Positions 24,898-40,200 are shown, numbered from the stretch's first letter. The stretch is DNA of 64,000 bases from Strigamia acuminata (GCA_949358305.1 OX442314.1:32798001-32862000); one strand, 5' to 3'. Program-made: numbers and translations. Notes: generated by a model from the sequence alone, not told the origin.

Positions 24898-27800
24898 TTA
24901 ACTTGATGCAACTAAGACATGACATGAGTCAGCTTCAGCTTCTACGCTCTCAGTTGCTACAACAACAAGTGGATTTGCATTTGTGCGCACACTGCCAGTT
25001 GGAAACTTGTTCCAATAAAAAAATTCCACGAGAAATATAATTCCAGAGCAGAAAACTCCTCCAATTAAAATCAGAAATGCTGTGATTGTGTGGTAAATAG
25101 AGATGGGTTTGAAGTCATAATTTCTTGTCTGGCAAAGTGTTGATGTTTTGTATTTATCGTCGAGTCTTTTTACGATTCCTCTTTCGTTTAGGTTCAAAAT
25201 GCTAAAACGTACAATTGAAGTTGAATTTTAAAACCTTTACAGATTTACTACTACAGTACTCACTTCTGATTAAATAACTCAACATGTTTGGATTTTTTAT
25301 TGAACATGGGATAACCTGAAATATCCCCCATGGGAATTTTTATAAAACTAAACGTACAGTTTTGTCCGTACATCTCTTTGAGGATATTGTACAAGTCGAT
25401 GATGGCATTTTTGTTCTTCGAAAGTAGTTTTAGAGCATCAGTGAAGGAAATGTTTCCTTCTCCGGGACTTTTTTCCATCCGTTGCCAAATTTCCCGTGTT
25501 AGATTTGTTTTTGCATTCTGCCATAGAAAAATAAGAACTATGCAATTACAATTACAAGTACCACCTACAAATTCCAAATCCATACACTTTCATTTGTTGG
25601 TCTGTACTAAACTCGATCTACCTAGGTGCACAATTCGAAAAAAAGGTATATATTGCATTCTTAACTGCATAAGTATGTTTAACAGGCACCTTGGATATTT
25701 TAGTAGTGTAACAATTCAAGTCAGGAGGTGTTTTGACATTTCTATCCATTACCTTAATGAGCTTGTAAGGGAACCACACTCCAAAAGCGTAAAGGTTGAC
25801 TCTGGCGTCTAACAATACGTCTTGAATGCTGTTGTATTGCAGGCGTGATGTTGTAACAGTGAGTGATGCATATAGTACCACACTGTAGCTTGAAATGATT
25901 AGCAGACGAAACAAGTTTTCCGTCTTAGTAACAGTATAAGCTTTAACGTGCAATAAAAATTATTTGTAATTGATGGCAAACATGACTTGTAAATTGATTA
26001 GTAATCTCGTTGAAGTGTATTTACCTGAAGTTGAGGGTTTGCTTTTGTGGTTTTGGGTGATCGAAGCAACAGATAGCGCAATAATCAAATAAGTAGCTAA
26101 AATACACCACCAAACAACCATAGAAAACGGTTTGAAAAATGTCAACCATAAGTATTCTTTGATGACACTGTCCTGTCGTATGACGAATGCAAATCTGTCT
26201 CTGTCGATCGGAAAATTGACGAAGTCAAAATTCAGCACCCGTTCTGCACTCATTACAAACATCCCTCTGAGGACGTCATATTGCTGATAAAAGAATAGGC
26301 AAGTTGAATAAAAAACGAATTCTGAAAAATCCTGTGTGTTAACATACATTGAAGTGTGCAATTTCTTTGGATTAAAATCAATTACATACAGAATTTCTAG
26401 AGAAAATGACTTTGTCTCGTGTGTAAGCGATACCGTGAATAGACTGGCTTCTGCACTTCATTTCAGCTGGTACAGTGCAATAAAAGCTCAACAGATGGCG
26501 GTTGCCACTGTGATGTAATCGGTTTGAGCTAACTGGTAAGAAGAGTTAACTTAGTAACAGAAGCTTCCCATTAAAGTCAGTTCTTCTAGATTTCCCAAAC
26601 CAGCAACTGTCTTGTAGTGCATAAACATGCATGAGCTTAGTTATTATCAGAACATAACTTAGGAATATGCGTAACTTGTAAGAATGTTATGATAATAACT
26701 TAAATTATTTTCATTTATGTTATTTATTTTAGAATTAAGACAGAGGTAAGGCACATGGTTTGTATTGAACAAAAGCATGTAAGTGATAATTATTTTATGA
26801 GTTAAATGCCAGATAACTGGAAACTAGATTTCCGACTTGGATAATTTAAGCTTAAGTTAATTTCCTAAACATGAGTCCCTTTGTTAAACCATTGTTGCGG
26901 GTAGAAGAGATTTTAAGGGTAATTGATTCTTTATTCAGATTTCAATTTGCCAAGCCAGTTTGTTTGCTTTTTTTCTCGTTTATAATTGTGACAAAATAAA
27001 TTTGCTCACAAAAATTTCAGGGTAGTCTCATCTTATTGGACCCGACTGTACTTCCAGCTATCCTGTACAAACCATATAAGGAATAGTGACTTGTGCAAAC
27101 TTACTAATATCACAACGTTGTAATTAACACACTTACTTTTTTCTTCAGTTTTGTAATGATACTATTGTCACGCTTAATGGTAATATTTACTATTGAGCTA
27201 AAATTGTAGAAAGGTTTTTGCTAACCAACTGAAAGTATAGTTTACCAAGCAACAAAAACTTTACCAAATGTTACTGAATATCTCCAATAAGTGATCAAGA
27301 ATTTCGGAAAATCTTAATTGAAAATCCAATATTTCTTTTTCTTCAATCTATAAAAATCGAGATGATTTCGTAGTTAACTTGTATTCGATTATCATTTTCT
27401 TTTTTGGTTATTAATTTTGCTTTGGGCAAGTATGGGATAGGAGTGTACTTGACACCGCAAAAAACCATCCCTCAACCTCATCCCACAACACATCACCAAT
27501 GAAACTGATATGTTGTGATAACGGACGGACACAAATAGCGCACAGGAATGCATAAACACATAAGAGAAATGGACACAAGAGACTGTATTTAATGATTTCT
27601 TTGTTGACGTTAAGTCGATTACTATTCTCAGTATTTTCTCTTTGGTTATTACTTTCTGTTTGGGCCTGTATGGAATTTAAGTTGTACTTCACTGTACAAA
27701 CCTAGAGACACCCCTACATCTAATCACAGCATACTTCCCTCACCCATACCACGAGAATAAAGACTCAAGACGCTACATTCAACAGTTAATAGCCGTTACT

Positions 27801-30270
27801 ATAAGTTGTCTAAGAGTCAGTGTTCGCAGGCCTTTCCAATTGTTGTGTTCATTGATGTGATTTTCTCTCCACCAGCCTCCATGAGCGATTGCATGGGCCG
27901 TATGAGTAAACACGCCAGAATAATTAAGGCCAACTGACCACGTCATACATGGGGATTCCTCCCTGTGCGTGACAGGCCGGTTGCTGTTGTGGCGTGTCTT
28001 CACGGCACTGCAAACACATCGGTAGATGGAAGACCAACCCTAGACAAACAGATTACTAAAGGCCGATCACCCAACAATATCAAGTCCCCGTGTTTATTTA
28101 CATGAGCATGCGTCCTACCCCATGGTAACTCGTCCCCAAGTTGCCATGGATAGGATCATGCCGCCACACCGTTAGACCATAGGCATTGACCAAAATGGAT
28201 ATCACACAAGGGGGTTGGATTGTCTTTGTTTTCTCTGGTAAAGTCCACCAAATAGTGAACAATGGTCTTCCTCTGTAGAAGACCCATCCACAACTGCTTT
28301 CTGTGCTGGGTAGATTTACAGTGAACCTTTCGTGACACACTTGCACCATTCAGCTTTACCTCCTCCCAATTAGTCGTCCCCATAAATCTGCCATGCAATA
28401 TTATTTATAATTACTATTTCAATTGTAGTAGCATGCTTTACCTGAGCTACAGTAAAATTTTGTTTTTTCAGAATCACTGGTGTTTGAAAAATCTTTTCAA
28501 ATTGACATTTTTGTTGCTCCGGACAATTTATCCATAAGTTGGTTCGTTGGAAAATAGTCCCCTCAGATTGATGTTTCAATAACTGCAAGCTAAAATTCTG
28601 TAATATCAGATTAAAAAATATGTACAATATAAATATACTTCCTTATTTTTAAATACACAGTTTATATATTTTAAAAATAAAACATATTGAATTTTAATCT
28701 TTGTAGACAAAAATTGCACCAATCTTTAATCCGTAACGATGGTTTTCATTTTGGTGTCATCAATTAATGACCCTGTATCGTTTTGAACGAGCAGATTTGG
28801 ATACACCATGTACTTTTAGGTGTGTTGAAATAACGGTGTTAATTAAGAACAAAATAAACATTCTGCAAACATACTGTTAATAATGCTTTAACTATTGACC
28901 ATACATTACTGTGTTGAAAATACGTGAATAAGTAAACTGTATTCTGTCTCCATATGATGAGATCCTGTAATAAGGGCAAATCTAGATCATGCTTTGGATT
29001 TGGAGTTCCACGTGTTTCCTTGATAACAAATACCAACACTTTGTTTTCAATTGATGAGAAAGAATACTTTGCAAGCTGAAATAATGATTAATTTTAAAAT
29101 GTAAAACAAGTGTGTACTGTTAGAATTAGAACTAGAAAAAAGTGCTTTCGCAACACCGCCAACATGTGGGTTGATAGGAGTCTCGAACCCCAAAACAACG
29201 AGACTAATAAAGGCCAACAACGCAACAATCTGGAGTTCCTTGTCTTATTTAAGTGAGTATGCTCCCCACCCCACGGTAACCAGTCCCCAGGCTGCCATGA
29301 AGAAGACCATACCAGTCACACATTCATGGCAGTCGGTCGACAAATATGACTAGAATGGTGATTAGATCTTTACCTGCTCAAAACTTTCTACCCAAATAAG
29401 AATCAGCTGGAAAGGAGTATAATCGAAATCCAATGACGCATTACTGAATCGTTGCGCTGACATTTGAATTTTTCCAATCCAATTGAAACGGATTAATTTC
29501 GTCAAACAGTTTGAAACTAAAATAGAAACAGAAGATAAATAAATACATAAACCTAAATAAAATTTGGGATTTTTACTAACCATAATCATCCTGATTATAA
29601 ATAATGTGTATTCTTCTCGTGTTTGTAATTTTTACAATTTTAGATAATTGAAAATCCAGTTCATTACAGCCAGCAAAGTGTAAGTTAGCAAAAGAAGTGT
29701 TTTCCCGTGCTAAAATTAAAGGTAAATGTACACATACCCTGATTAGTTGCCAGAATTTCTTTAAAATGCCTGATTATTCTTCAATTTATATAATTCTCAA
29801 AAGATTACTGTTTGAAATGCCGATAAATCCAGAAAAGAAGCAAACTCTTAGAATTCTTAGAACGTTCATTCTCCAAGTTCCGCACGTCTGGGCCGTTAAA
29901 CACAACATGCACGATTCAAAATACACGACCACACTGTGTTAATTATTATTTTGCTGGAGATTTGCTTTGGCAACTGTTGCCCAGTTAACTCGATTTAAAT
30001 TAATAAGTTATGAAATAATTGGCATGCGGTGTCTTCAATCTACATCCACAAACTGTCCAAGGGCTTGACCGGAGGCCTGGGGGCGAGCCCGAAGGCGGGT
30101 CCAATAACAAAATTTTCTTCCTTTGACGTTTTTCTATGTGCTGGAAAAGGTAAACAACACAGCTGTAACGATTTTCTTTGTAGCAGAAATGACGTAGAAT
30201 AATGACGTTGAAACGTGAAAGGATACCGATTCCAGTATAGTTGTATAGCAGAAGATAGACGCGGCTCCAC
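24898..30270 (-). pseudogene. Ionotropic receptor gene copy 2 (multi-exon; intactness doubtful)
   Basis: S1/M1 ERVLNFDFVNFP...FFKPFSMVVWWCI, M3 LIISSYSVVLYASLT, S2/M4 LNERGIVKRLDDKY...C...AFLILIGGVF...E. GT-AG boundaries at the 3' exons. The 5' end is approximate. Confidence 0.8.
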
Positions 30271-30294
30271 ATTCACAACTTGAAATATTCATCA

Positions 30295-33200
30295 TGTGAA
30301 AACTGGCGTTTTACTCCAGGTTCACATTCCCTTTAATGTGTTGATTTTATTTAATATTTGTGTATTTTATTTCCTTTGATTCTACATTTAACATTTGTGT
30401 ATTTTTATTTGTTTTGATGTAATATTCAGTGTCATTTGCTCATTTATATTTCATTTATATTTGCTGACCTTGCATTTAGTGTTGTGTGGTTTATCCAATT
30501 ATTGTAGTGTTTTAATGTCGTTTATTTGATTTTATATGCTCCTTTTAATGTTTCATTGTTTTATTATTCTGTAAAACTCAATTTAATATTTTGTATTCAA
30601 TTTTAACATGTTTATCTTTCACATTTAGTGTCATTAACCTTTTATTTAAAGAGGGTTAGATTATTGTCACATGACCTGGCTTCAGCTCTCCTTCTAGGAA
30701 TGCAGCTGAAGCCAATTATCGGATTAGTGGTGCTCCAATAGGAGCGTTTTTGTATATATCTTTTTGAAGACAATAAAGTTTAACCCCAGTGAGTGTACAA
30801 AATTCATATTGGCAACACGTCTCTTTATTTCAACTTGCAACATATTTTCAAACACATTACAAAGAAGCCAGAGACTTTAAGAAGACCAACTAAAAGCGAT
30901 TGGAAACTACATTTTGGTGCCGAAACCCGGGAGTACCCCAAACTGCAAGTAAAAAAATGCCTCCGAAATTTGAATTGAAAAGAAGGGCCTTGACCACAGC
31001 CATCCAGGCTGCAGAGACATTAATGGCCGCCATTACAACTGCCTTTGCTGGCGTGCCGGTGGTGACCAAAGACGTGCTCAGCATCTGGACAGATCAACTG
31101 GCGGGCAAAATGCTCCGCGTTACAAAAGCCAGTGATTTGGCCATGGACTTGGCAAAAAGTGACCTTGAGGTGGACGAGGTGAGCAACGCGATCGACGCCA
31201 TAGAGGACCGCGCTGCATCAACTAGAGCCGCCATTATGACGTACACTGCTCGGAATTATCCAGTTCAGCCCGCTGTGCCTCAAAATTTACCGCTACCATT
31301 AAATCCAACAATTAACAATTCTATAAAAAGGAAGCCGTTGGAAGTGCCAAAATTTGACGGTAGGCGGCCAGAGGATTGGAGTGGGTTCTGGAGAACATTT
31401 AGCGTGCAGTATGGAGACGATGCACAGTTGGACAATGTGAACAAATTACTTCACCTGCGCACGTATCTGCACGGGGACGCTTTGAATGACATCAAAGCGT
31501 TGGAAATTACCGAACCAAATTACCTGGTCGCAATTGATCGCTTGAAAAGAAAATACGGCGATAAAATTTTGTTGGAGAATCGATTCATAAATAATTTGTC
31601 TGTTTTACCTGCAGTGAAGGACGAGAAAGATCAAGCTGGGCTGCAGCGTTTGCACCGCCACGTCGAAATAAACATCGAGAATTTAAGCAATATTGACGTG
31701 AATCTCGAGGAGTACCAAAGAACGCTGTTTCCCACGCTGGCCACGGCAATTCCACGCACACTGATGCGTGAGTATGATCGAGAGAACGCTGCAGAACGAT
31801 CGGTCCCCCGCCTCATGAACTGGCTGCACGATTTCGTGACGAAAGAAGCACAATACGAAATGATGGCGAACCAATCAAAACAGACTGCATCACATCAAAA
31901 ATCGAATGCGACTCCCGACGCCCCGAGCTTCAAGAAGGAGAAGAAACGATTCGACAAGAGAGACAAAAGAGTCCAAGAAAGCTCCGCGTCAATGATGTCG
32001 ATTGCAGTCAAGACCTGCCAATTTTGCGAATCGAAGAGCCATGATCGAAAAGTCTGCCCACTCAACGCCGAGGAACGAATGGCGAAATTAAAAGCAAAAA
32101 ACGTTTGTTTTCGGTGTCTCGGACGAACACCGCACCCGACCAAAGAATGCCGCACATCAATGAAGTGCTTTCGATGCGAGGGACAGCACCACACATATTT
32201 GTGCACCAAGCCAAAATCGACGGCGACCAACGATTCGAATTCCGGCAGACAGATTGAAGTGACTGAAATCAAACAAAATGCAGTTGTCAGCGTAAATCGA
32301 CCAGCTGTTGAATTTTTGATGATCCAGATGGCACAATTGAGCGGAGAGAAGCTGCAAACCAAGGGCGTCTGCTACATCGATGGCGGAGCACAGCGCACAT
32401 TTATCCGCGCTGACGTGGCTCAAAAACTGAAATTGAAAAAATTGGGCACGGAAAAAATAAACCTCGCCACTTTTGGTCAGCATCCCAAGATGGAAGTGAG
32501 AAACCGAGTCCAGGTGAAGATACAACCGATCAATGGAACATCTCCAGCCATATTAATCGACGCAATTGAAACGCCACGATGCACGACCACTCCAACTGAA
32601 ATTCCGACCACCCAGTTAAGCAGCAAATTGAAGGACTTGGGAATCCAAGTGAACTGCAAACAGGCCGCCTTACATTCGAGCGAAGTAGACATTCTGCTTG
32701 GCGTGGATCATTACAATAAAATTACCACGGGTCAATCCAAATTTATTGAAGAAAATTTGGCCGCTGTAAACACGATTCTGGGGTGGACGCTGCACGGACA
32801 AACGACGCAGGGGACGCAACTCATCGCGTCACCCACGCAAGCTAACAAAATAACAATTGTTCCGTCCACAGATGACCTGTTGCGCAATTTTTGGGAGCTC
32901 GAATCGATTGGGGTTCAGCACGAATCCATGACCACCACGGGAGATGAAGAGATAATGAAAAGATTCAACAAAACCATCGATTGGACCGGAAGCCATTATT
33001 CTGTCCAGTTGCCGTGGACGGTGAATCCGGATGAACTCGCTGACAACTACCAAATCGCCGAGCAGAGGTTCCTTAACTTGATACGACGTTTTCGCAGGCA
33101 GCCAAATTTGTATCTTGAGTACAAAAAGGTCATCGATGAGCAGATCGCACAGAACATTGTTGAGGAGGTGCCAGTAGGTGAAGCGCCCGGCCCCATTTAC

Positions 33201-36200
33201 TATATGCCACACAGGCCTGTGGTCAAAGAAGAGCGAGTAACGACCAAACTACGCATCGTTTTCGACGCCTCTTCACACAAAAAGGGTCAGTTGTCATTGA
33301 ATGACTGTTTGTCAAAAGGAACCAATTTGCTCCCGTCCCTAATTTTTATTTTGCTGAGGTTTCGAATTTATGAGTTTGCACTAATAGCCGATATCAAAAA
33401 GGCATTTCACCAGATAGAAATTGCCATGAGGGATCGCGACGCTACTCGTTTTTTTTGGATTGATGAGCTGTGGGACGGAATTGGACGAGCAATAATCAAA
33501 ATTTTACGCCAAACTCGAGTACTGTTCGGAGCCGCCCCCAGCCCATTCCTGCTGAGTGCGACCATAAAGCACCATTTGGAGAAGTTTAAGGACGAATTTC
33601 CAGAGGCCGTCGCATTCATCAGTCAATTCCTCTACATGGATGATTTAATATCTTCCCTGGACAGCGAGAAAATTGAAGTGGGACGAGGAATTAAACGAAG
33701 AAATGCGAGAAACTTGGACAAAATGGGCAAAACAAATCCCAAAGTTGGGGGAAATCCAACTGCCAAGATGGAACGGAGTCAAGCCACGTCAAGAAAATGA
33801 AATTCACATATTTTGCGATGCCAGCCCGAAGGCTTATGGCGCGGTGGCTTACGTGCGCCGAAGAGAAGAAAATCTAATCATGACAAATTTTTTATTTTCT
33901 AAATCTAGAGTAGCCCCGGTAAAACAATTGACGCTGCCCAAACTGGAGTTGATGGGTGCTCTTCTAGCAGTACGCCTCAGAGACCAATTGAAGGAGGTGA
34001 TGGACTGCGACCGATACCATTACTGGACCGACAGTCAGATTTGCCTGCATTGGATAACAAACACATCCAAGCGGCCACCAACCTTCATAAACAACCGGGC
34101 GATCGAAATCAGAGAAAAGTCGCACGTGAAGGCATGGAAACACGTCGCGGGCCCGGAAAATCCAGCCGACCGACTGACAAGAGGCATTGATGCGGCGGAG
34201 CTAACAAATGACGAACTGTGGTGGAAAGGGCCAAAATGGCTAAGTGAAGAACAAGAGAACTGGCCAAATAATAAGATGGAATTAACCATAGACCCAGACG
34301 AATTGGACAGCGAGGCTGACGAACACGAGGAGCCAAGCGGAGAAACCCACGCGAATGCAGTTCAACAAAAAAATAATCAAAATTTTGCATTTCCAATTTC
34401 CAGGTCATATTTACGCACATGTCGAGTGTGGGCCTGGTGCTATCGTTTTGCACACAACTCAAAACAAAAAGCAGACAGCGGACATCGTCAACAAGGGGTT
34501 TTGAAGGCAGAGGAACTCGTGACAGCAAAGCAAAAATTGATCATCGCTTCACAACGGCAACACTACGCCGCAGAAATGAAGCAACTGACCGAGGGGAAAC
34601 CATTGATGGCAGCATCCAAATTAAAGCTGTTCAACCCGTTCATCGATGCAAATGGAGTAATGAGACTGAGGACCAGACTACAAACCTCCAAAGATGAACA
34701 AACAGCAACACAACCTATCGTGTTACCACAAAAATGCGAATTGACCAAACTAATATTTTCGCATTCTCATTCCCAGGTTCTCCACTGCGGCTTGACAGCA
34801 ACGCTCGCCCAATTTAGAGAATCATACTGGACACCAGCCGCAAGGAGAACCTTGAAGTCAACATTAAGTCGATGTGTCACGTGCAAGAAGGTGCAGGGAA
34901 AATTGATGCAAGAATCACCCGGATTGCTGCCATTTGACAGAATCACCCGTTGCGAGCCATTTGCGGTCACAGGAGTCGACTTCGCGGGACCCCTGTACAT
35001 TAGAGGGCGCAAAACAAAGGCATATATTGCACTGTTTACTTGTGCTAACATCCGAGCGGTGCATCTCGAATTGGTGCCCTCGCTCAACACGCCTGATTTT
35101 GTCGACGCGTTCGAACGATTTGTGAGTCGCCGTGGACTACCAAAGACATTATATAGCGACAACGGGACAACTTTTTGCCGTACCAACAAAGAATTGGCTG
35201 CATTATTGAACAATACCAAGGATGAGTCGTTCAAGAATTACCTATGCAACAAGGGGATCAATTGGAAGTTTATAGTTGAACATAGCCCGTGGTGGGGGGG
35301 ATTTTGGGAAAGGATGGTGAAGACAGTCAAATCCTGCTTGAAGAAAATTATTGGGACTGCATCATTAAACTTTTTTCAATTGAACACTCTCCTCACCCAA
35401 GTGGAAGCTGTGTTGAATCATCGTCCGCTAACCTACGTTTATGAGAAGCCCGATGAACCTGAGAGCTTAACTCCTGCCCATTTCTTGACGGGAGAAAGAG
35501 TTACATTCCTGCCGGACCCTAGTTACATCAATCAAATCGAGCCGACACAAGCAGCCTTTATCCGACAATGGCGTCATCGTCAAAAAACCCTGCTTTCTTT
35601 TTGGAGTCGTTGGCAAAAAGAATACCTAACAGACTTGAAAACACAGTCTGGAAGGTCGGGACTCCTCGAATTGAAAGTAGGCGATGTCGTGTTAGTTGAA
35701 GAACAAGGCCGACCCCGGCTCCAGTGGAAGATGGGCCGTATCACTGAAGTGCGCGTTGGAAGAGATGGCAAAGTCCGATCATGTGAGCTTGTCACTTCAG
35801 GTGGGGCTAAGTTGAGGCGTCCGATTCAGCGTTTGGTCCATTTGGAGGTTCAAAGTGAGATCGGCGCGGGGGGAGTGTGAAAACTGGCGTTTTACTCCAG
35901 GTTCACATTCCCTTTAATGTGTTGATTTTATTTAATATTTGTGTATTTTATTTCCTTTGATTCTACATTTAACATTTGTGTATTTTTATTTGTTTTGATG
36001 TAATATTCAGTGTCATTTGCTCATTTATATTTCATTTATATTTGCTGACCTTGCATTTAGTGTTGTGTGGTTTATCCAATTATTCTAGTGTTTTAATGTC
36101 GTTTATTTGATTTTATATGCTCCTTTTAATGTTTCATTGTTTTATTATTCTGTAAAACTCAATTTAATATTTTGTATTCAATTTTAACATGTTTATCTTT

Positions 36201-36492
36201 CACATTTAGTGTCATTAACCTTTTATTTAAAGAGGGTTAGATTATTGTCACATGACCTGGCTTCAGCTCTCCTTCTAGGAATGCAGCTGAAGCCAATTAT
36301 CGGATTAGTGGTGCTCCAATAGGAGCGTTTTTGTATATATCTTTTTGAAGACAATAAAGTTTAACCCCAGTGAGTGTACAAAATTCATATTGGCAACACG
36401 TCTCTTTATTTCAACTTGCAACATATTTTCAAACACATTACAAAGAAGCCAGAGACTTTAAGAAGACCAACTAAAAGCGATTGGAAACTACA
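30295..36492 (+). mobile_element. BEL/Pao LTR retrotransposon 2 (internal deletion)
   Basis: 617-bp LTRs 30295-30911 and 35876-36492 (one difference seen), TSD catca, PBS tggtgccgaaacccggga 30915-30932, PPT gcggggggag. Confidence 0.96.
30957..35880 (+). pseudogene. BEL Gag-Pol with an approximately 115-codon frameshifting deletion after YMDD
   Basis: Two long ORFs (30900-33800 and 33673-35880). Alignment to BEL1 shows the segment between LDSE and LKWDEEL missing at about 33670. Confidence 0.92.
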
Positions 36493-37239
36493 CATCATTC
36501 AAAAATTATTTGTTGTAATAATTTTTCCTATAATTAATAAAAGTAAAGACTTCTGTCCCTTCTACTCATTTTTCCAACTAAACCAAATAAAAAGGAAAAG
36601 CGACATCGCCTAAAGAGTCACGCAGAGAAGCCGGACATCCAATTTTAGCGGACTGATCCGAATTTTTGCTCCAATGTCTTGCAAAATGTGCAGAACCAAT
36701 CTGTCCGCACGTCGATGGCCGGCTTAACCACACAATCTGCGTTTGGAGAAATCTTGTTGAGTGCGAGCGTTTCACTGCTTGGCTGTCTGTTGTCTGGTGG
36801 TGCCCCTCGAGGAACGTTTGCCACCCTTCTGAGTGTTTGAAGCGCCTTTCGAGTTGCTGCTACAACTGTAGACTTGATGCACCGCTTTGGTCGTATTAGC
36901 AAAGCTTGCAAGGTCCGTATTAGCCAATTCCGCTGCGAATGCCGCCTAGAGCACCGTGGCGAACGTCAAATCCTTTTGCAAGACGAGTGTTTCTTGCACA
37001 TTGCGCATTTTTAAGCCCCAGATGAATTGATTTCGCAGATCGTTGTCAAGGGCAGTTCCCAACTCGCAATAACGCGTGAGAGTTTGCAGTACAACTGCAA
37101 AATCTCTCACAGACTCGTTTAGATTGCGAGTACGAAAGCGAAAACACATTAAATCACCTTGCGCCAGGGGTTTCAGTTTTTGGTGTTTCTGCATCAATGT
37201 GACCACTTCTAAGAACGCCATGATTGTCGGGTCCTTCGG

Positions 37240-40200
37240 TGTAAAATCTAGACTGATTTAATTTGTTTTTAATGTTTATTCATGTATTTGATTTTAGTAA
37301 TTTTGTCTTAGTTTAATTATCGATTGAATTTAGTGATTGATTTGTGTTTATTACAATTAAGTGTTTTGTGTTTTGTTTTGTGTTTTGTGTTCTTTTTCAT
37401 TCATTGTGCCTTATTGTGTATTATCGTGTTTAATTGTGTTTCATCATGGTTTTTGCTGACTTTTCAGTTGTGTTATTGCATTAAATTGTCTGTGTTCTTT
37501 TTGTGTTATATAAATCGCTCGAGGGTCTTTTCGAGAGCCCTCTTTTATGTAAATTGGGTATCTTTCGGCCCTTGTTGACCGGATGTAGACCCCGTTTTTT
37601 CTATGCACCACACATTCCACCCTCAACTCGCTGACCACGCGTCACTTGTGAAAAAGAATGTCATTTTTCAACTCAAGTAAAATTAAAAGTTGTTAAGTTT
37701 TATTTCGACCGTCGCTTTTGCTGTTTTACAATTCATCACCCATCGTGAAGTTCATTTACAATTCGTAAATTGGTGCCGAAACCCGGGACATCTTTCCAGG
37801 GAACAAACTCGTAACTTCAATCTGAAAAAACTGCAAGTAGCATCTCGAATTTAACAATGGCCGACGACCTCGCCGTGTTGAAGGCTCAGCGTGCAGTAAC
37901 CCGTAGGCTGACCACCACAACTATAACGAAGGCCAAAACAATTCTCGCTGGTATACCTATAAATGAACTCGATTTAAAAAAGATAAAAGTGCATCTACAA
38001 GCAAAATCAAATGAACTCAAATCGCTCGACGCCAAAATCTTGGCCATGCTCACCGACGAACAAGAGATAGATGAAGAAATCACTCGATCCGAGACTGAAT
38101 ATCACGAAAAAATTATTGATTGTGGTGTCGAAATCGACGAGGCGCTAATTACTTTCATCGCGCCCCCAACCACACCTGTACTCCCGCCGATAACAAATAA
38201 TTACCACGGGACCGCGAGTGTGCCACAAGACTCACCCATGCGACTGCCCAAGTACGACACAATTAAATTCAAAGGAGATCCGCTGGACTGGGCTGACTTT
38301 TGGGGTAATTTTGAGATCTCAATTGACACCAAAACGAACATTTCTGCGCAAAGTAAATTGGTGTATTTAAAGTCGCTCTTGGATGGAGAAGCAGCACTCG
38401 TGTTGAAGGGATTACCGCCAACAAATGAAAACTATCCGATCGCTAAAAAATTGTTGCTCGAACGCTTTGGCCGTACAGATGTTCTTCTCAGCGCACATTT
38501 ACGCTCCCTAATGAAAATGAAACCCGTACGTGATATTCTCGATCCTATTCCTCTTCAAAAATTGTACGATGAGTGTGAAACACACGTACGCGGTCTGAAT
38601 GCGGCAAATATGAATGTTGATGCCATTGACGCAACAGCGTGTCCACTCATTCTAGGACTAGTGCCACGACAAATTTCGCTGGAATTTTCACGTCAATATC
38701 CCGACGGGAAATACAAAGCTAAAGATTTGTTGGACATGGTGCGTAACGAACTCGTGCACCACAATAAAATTGAGAACTTTCAAGATCTTCACCGCTCAAC
38801 AGAAAAAAGCAAACCTGAAAAAGTTGATGTGGACAAGCCTGTTCACAAAACTCACAACCGCGTGCCGTCTGCTCGTGTTTTGAGCACAACAATCAGCAAT
38901 TGCATGTTTTGCAACAAGACTCATGAGCGTGACGGGTGTTTAACGACGGCAACCGAGCGTAAAGAATTCGTCAAAAAGGAAGGTCGCTGCTTCAAATGCT
39001 TAAAAAAGGGACATTCGTCTCGAAACTGCACCTACCGTGTGACATGTAAACTGTGTCAACGCCATCACAACCAACTCGTGTGCGAAGGACCATCTGAGAC
39101 ACCAAAAGAAAAAGTCACTCTGCTCGTATCAACCAACGAAAATCTCGCTGCGTACGCTCAACCTCCGACCACAACATTGGCAACAATATTCGTAAAAATT
39201 CAAAACGAATCTCGTGAGTCCACCGTGCAATGTTTGATCGATCCCGGAAGCCAAAGTTCCTTCGTACTGGCTAGTTTGGCAAAAGACATGCATTTAAAGC
39301 CGAATGGAGAGGAACATTTAAGCGTGCACACTTTTGGAAATCAGACACCATTGAACACTAAAGGAAATCGATTTGAACTCAAATTGTGCAATGTTGGCGA
39401 CAAAAATCGATCGCTCTGCGTTAATGCGCTTGAAACGCCATGGATTACAAAACCCATTTGTACCAAATTGCAGGCTGGCTTACGAGCCGCCCTCGAACGC
39501 GATCAAATCGTGATTGATTCTGGAAACAATACTAATTGCGATATTTTTATTCTTTTAGGCGCAGACTGTATCGCGAAGATACTTACGGGATGCATACGAA
39601 AAATCGAGGAAAATTTGATCGCCATAGAGACGCTATTTGGCTGGACTTTGATGGGGTCATCAATAAATGTCACGACAATGTCCACACTAGTCACCCGCGT
39701 GTGCAGTGTGCGTCTCGAGGAGCGACTGGACGAGAGTCTGAAAAAATTCTGGGAGCTCGAATCCATCGGCATTCGCCACGAGAGTGAAGACGAAACATTG
39801 ACCGATCGAAATTCCTGCGCAATTCGTTTTCGCGAACAAGTGACGAGAGAAGAAGGAAGATACGTCGTCGCATTGCCGTGGTTGGTCGAACCGAGAAAAC
39901 TTCACAATAATTACGAAATTGCTGAGAAACGTTTTTGGAATCTGGTAAGAAAATTTAAGAAAAATCCAGGATTCTACGCCGCCTACAAACAAATTTTCGA
40001 CGATCAAATACGTGATGGAATAATCGAAGAAGTTAATGAACCGCAACATGAAAATTCGTACTACATGCCACACCGAGCCGTTATTAAAGAAGATCGCGTC
40101 ACGACAAAGATTCGGATCGTTTTCGATGCCTCAGCTAAAGGAAAAAATGAACTTTCACTGAACGATTGCCTGGACAGCGGTCCTAATTTGCTGCCAGAAA

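Noticed and set aside
37324..37578. Hydrophobic 84-aa ORF repeated at 43155 (env or membrane protein?)
   Set aside because: It lies within the T-rich LTR; the hydrophobicity follows from base composition.
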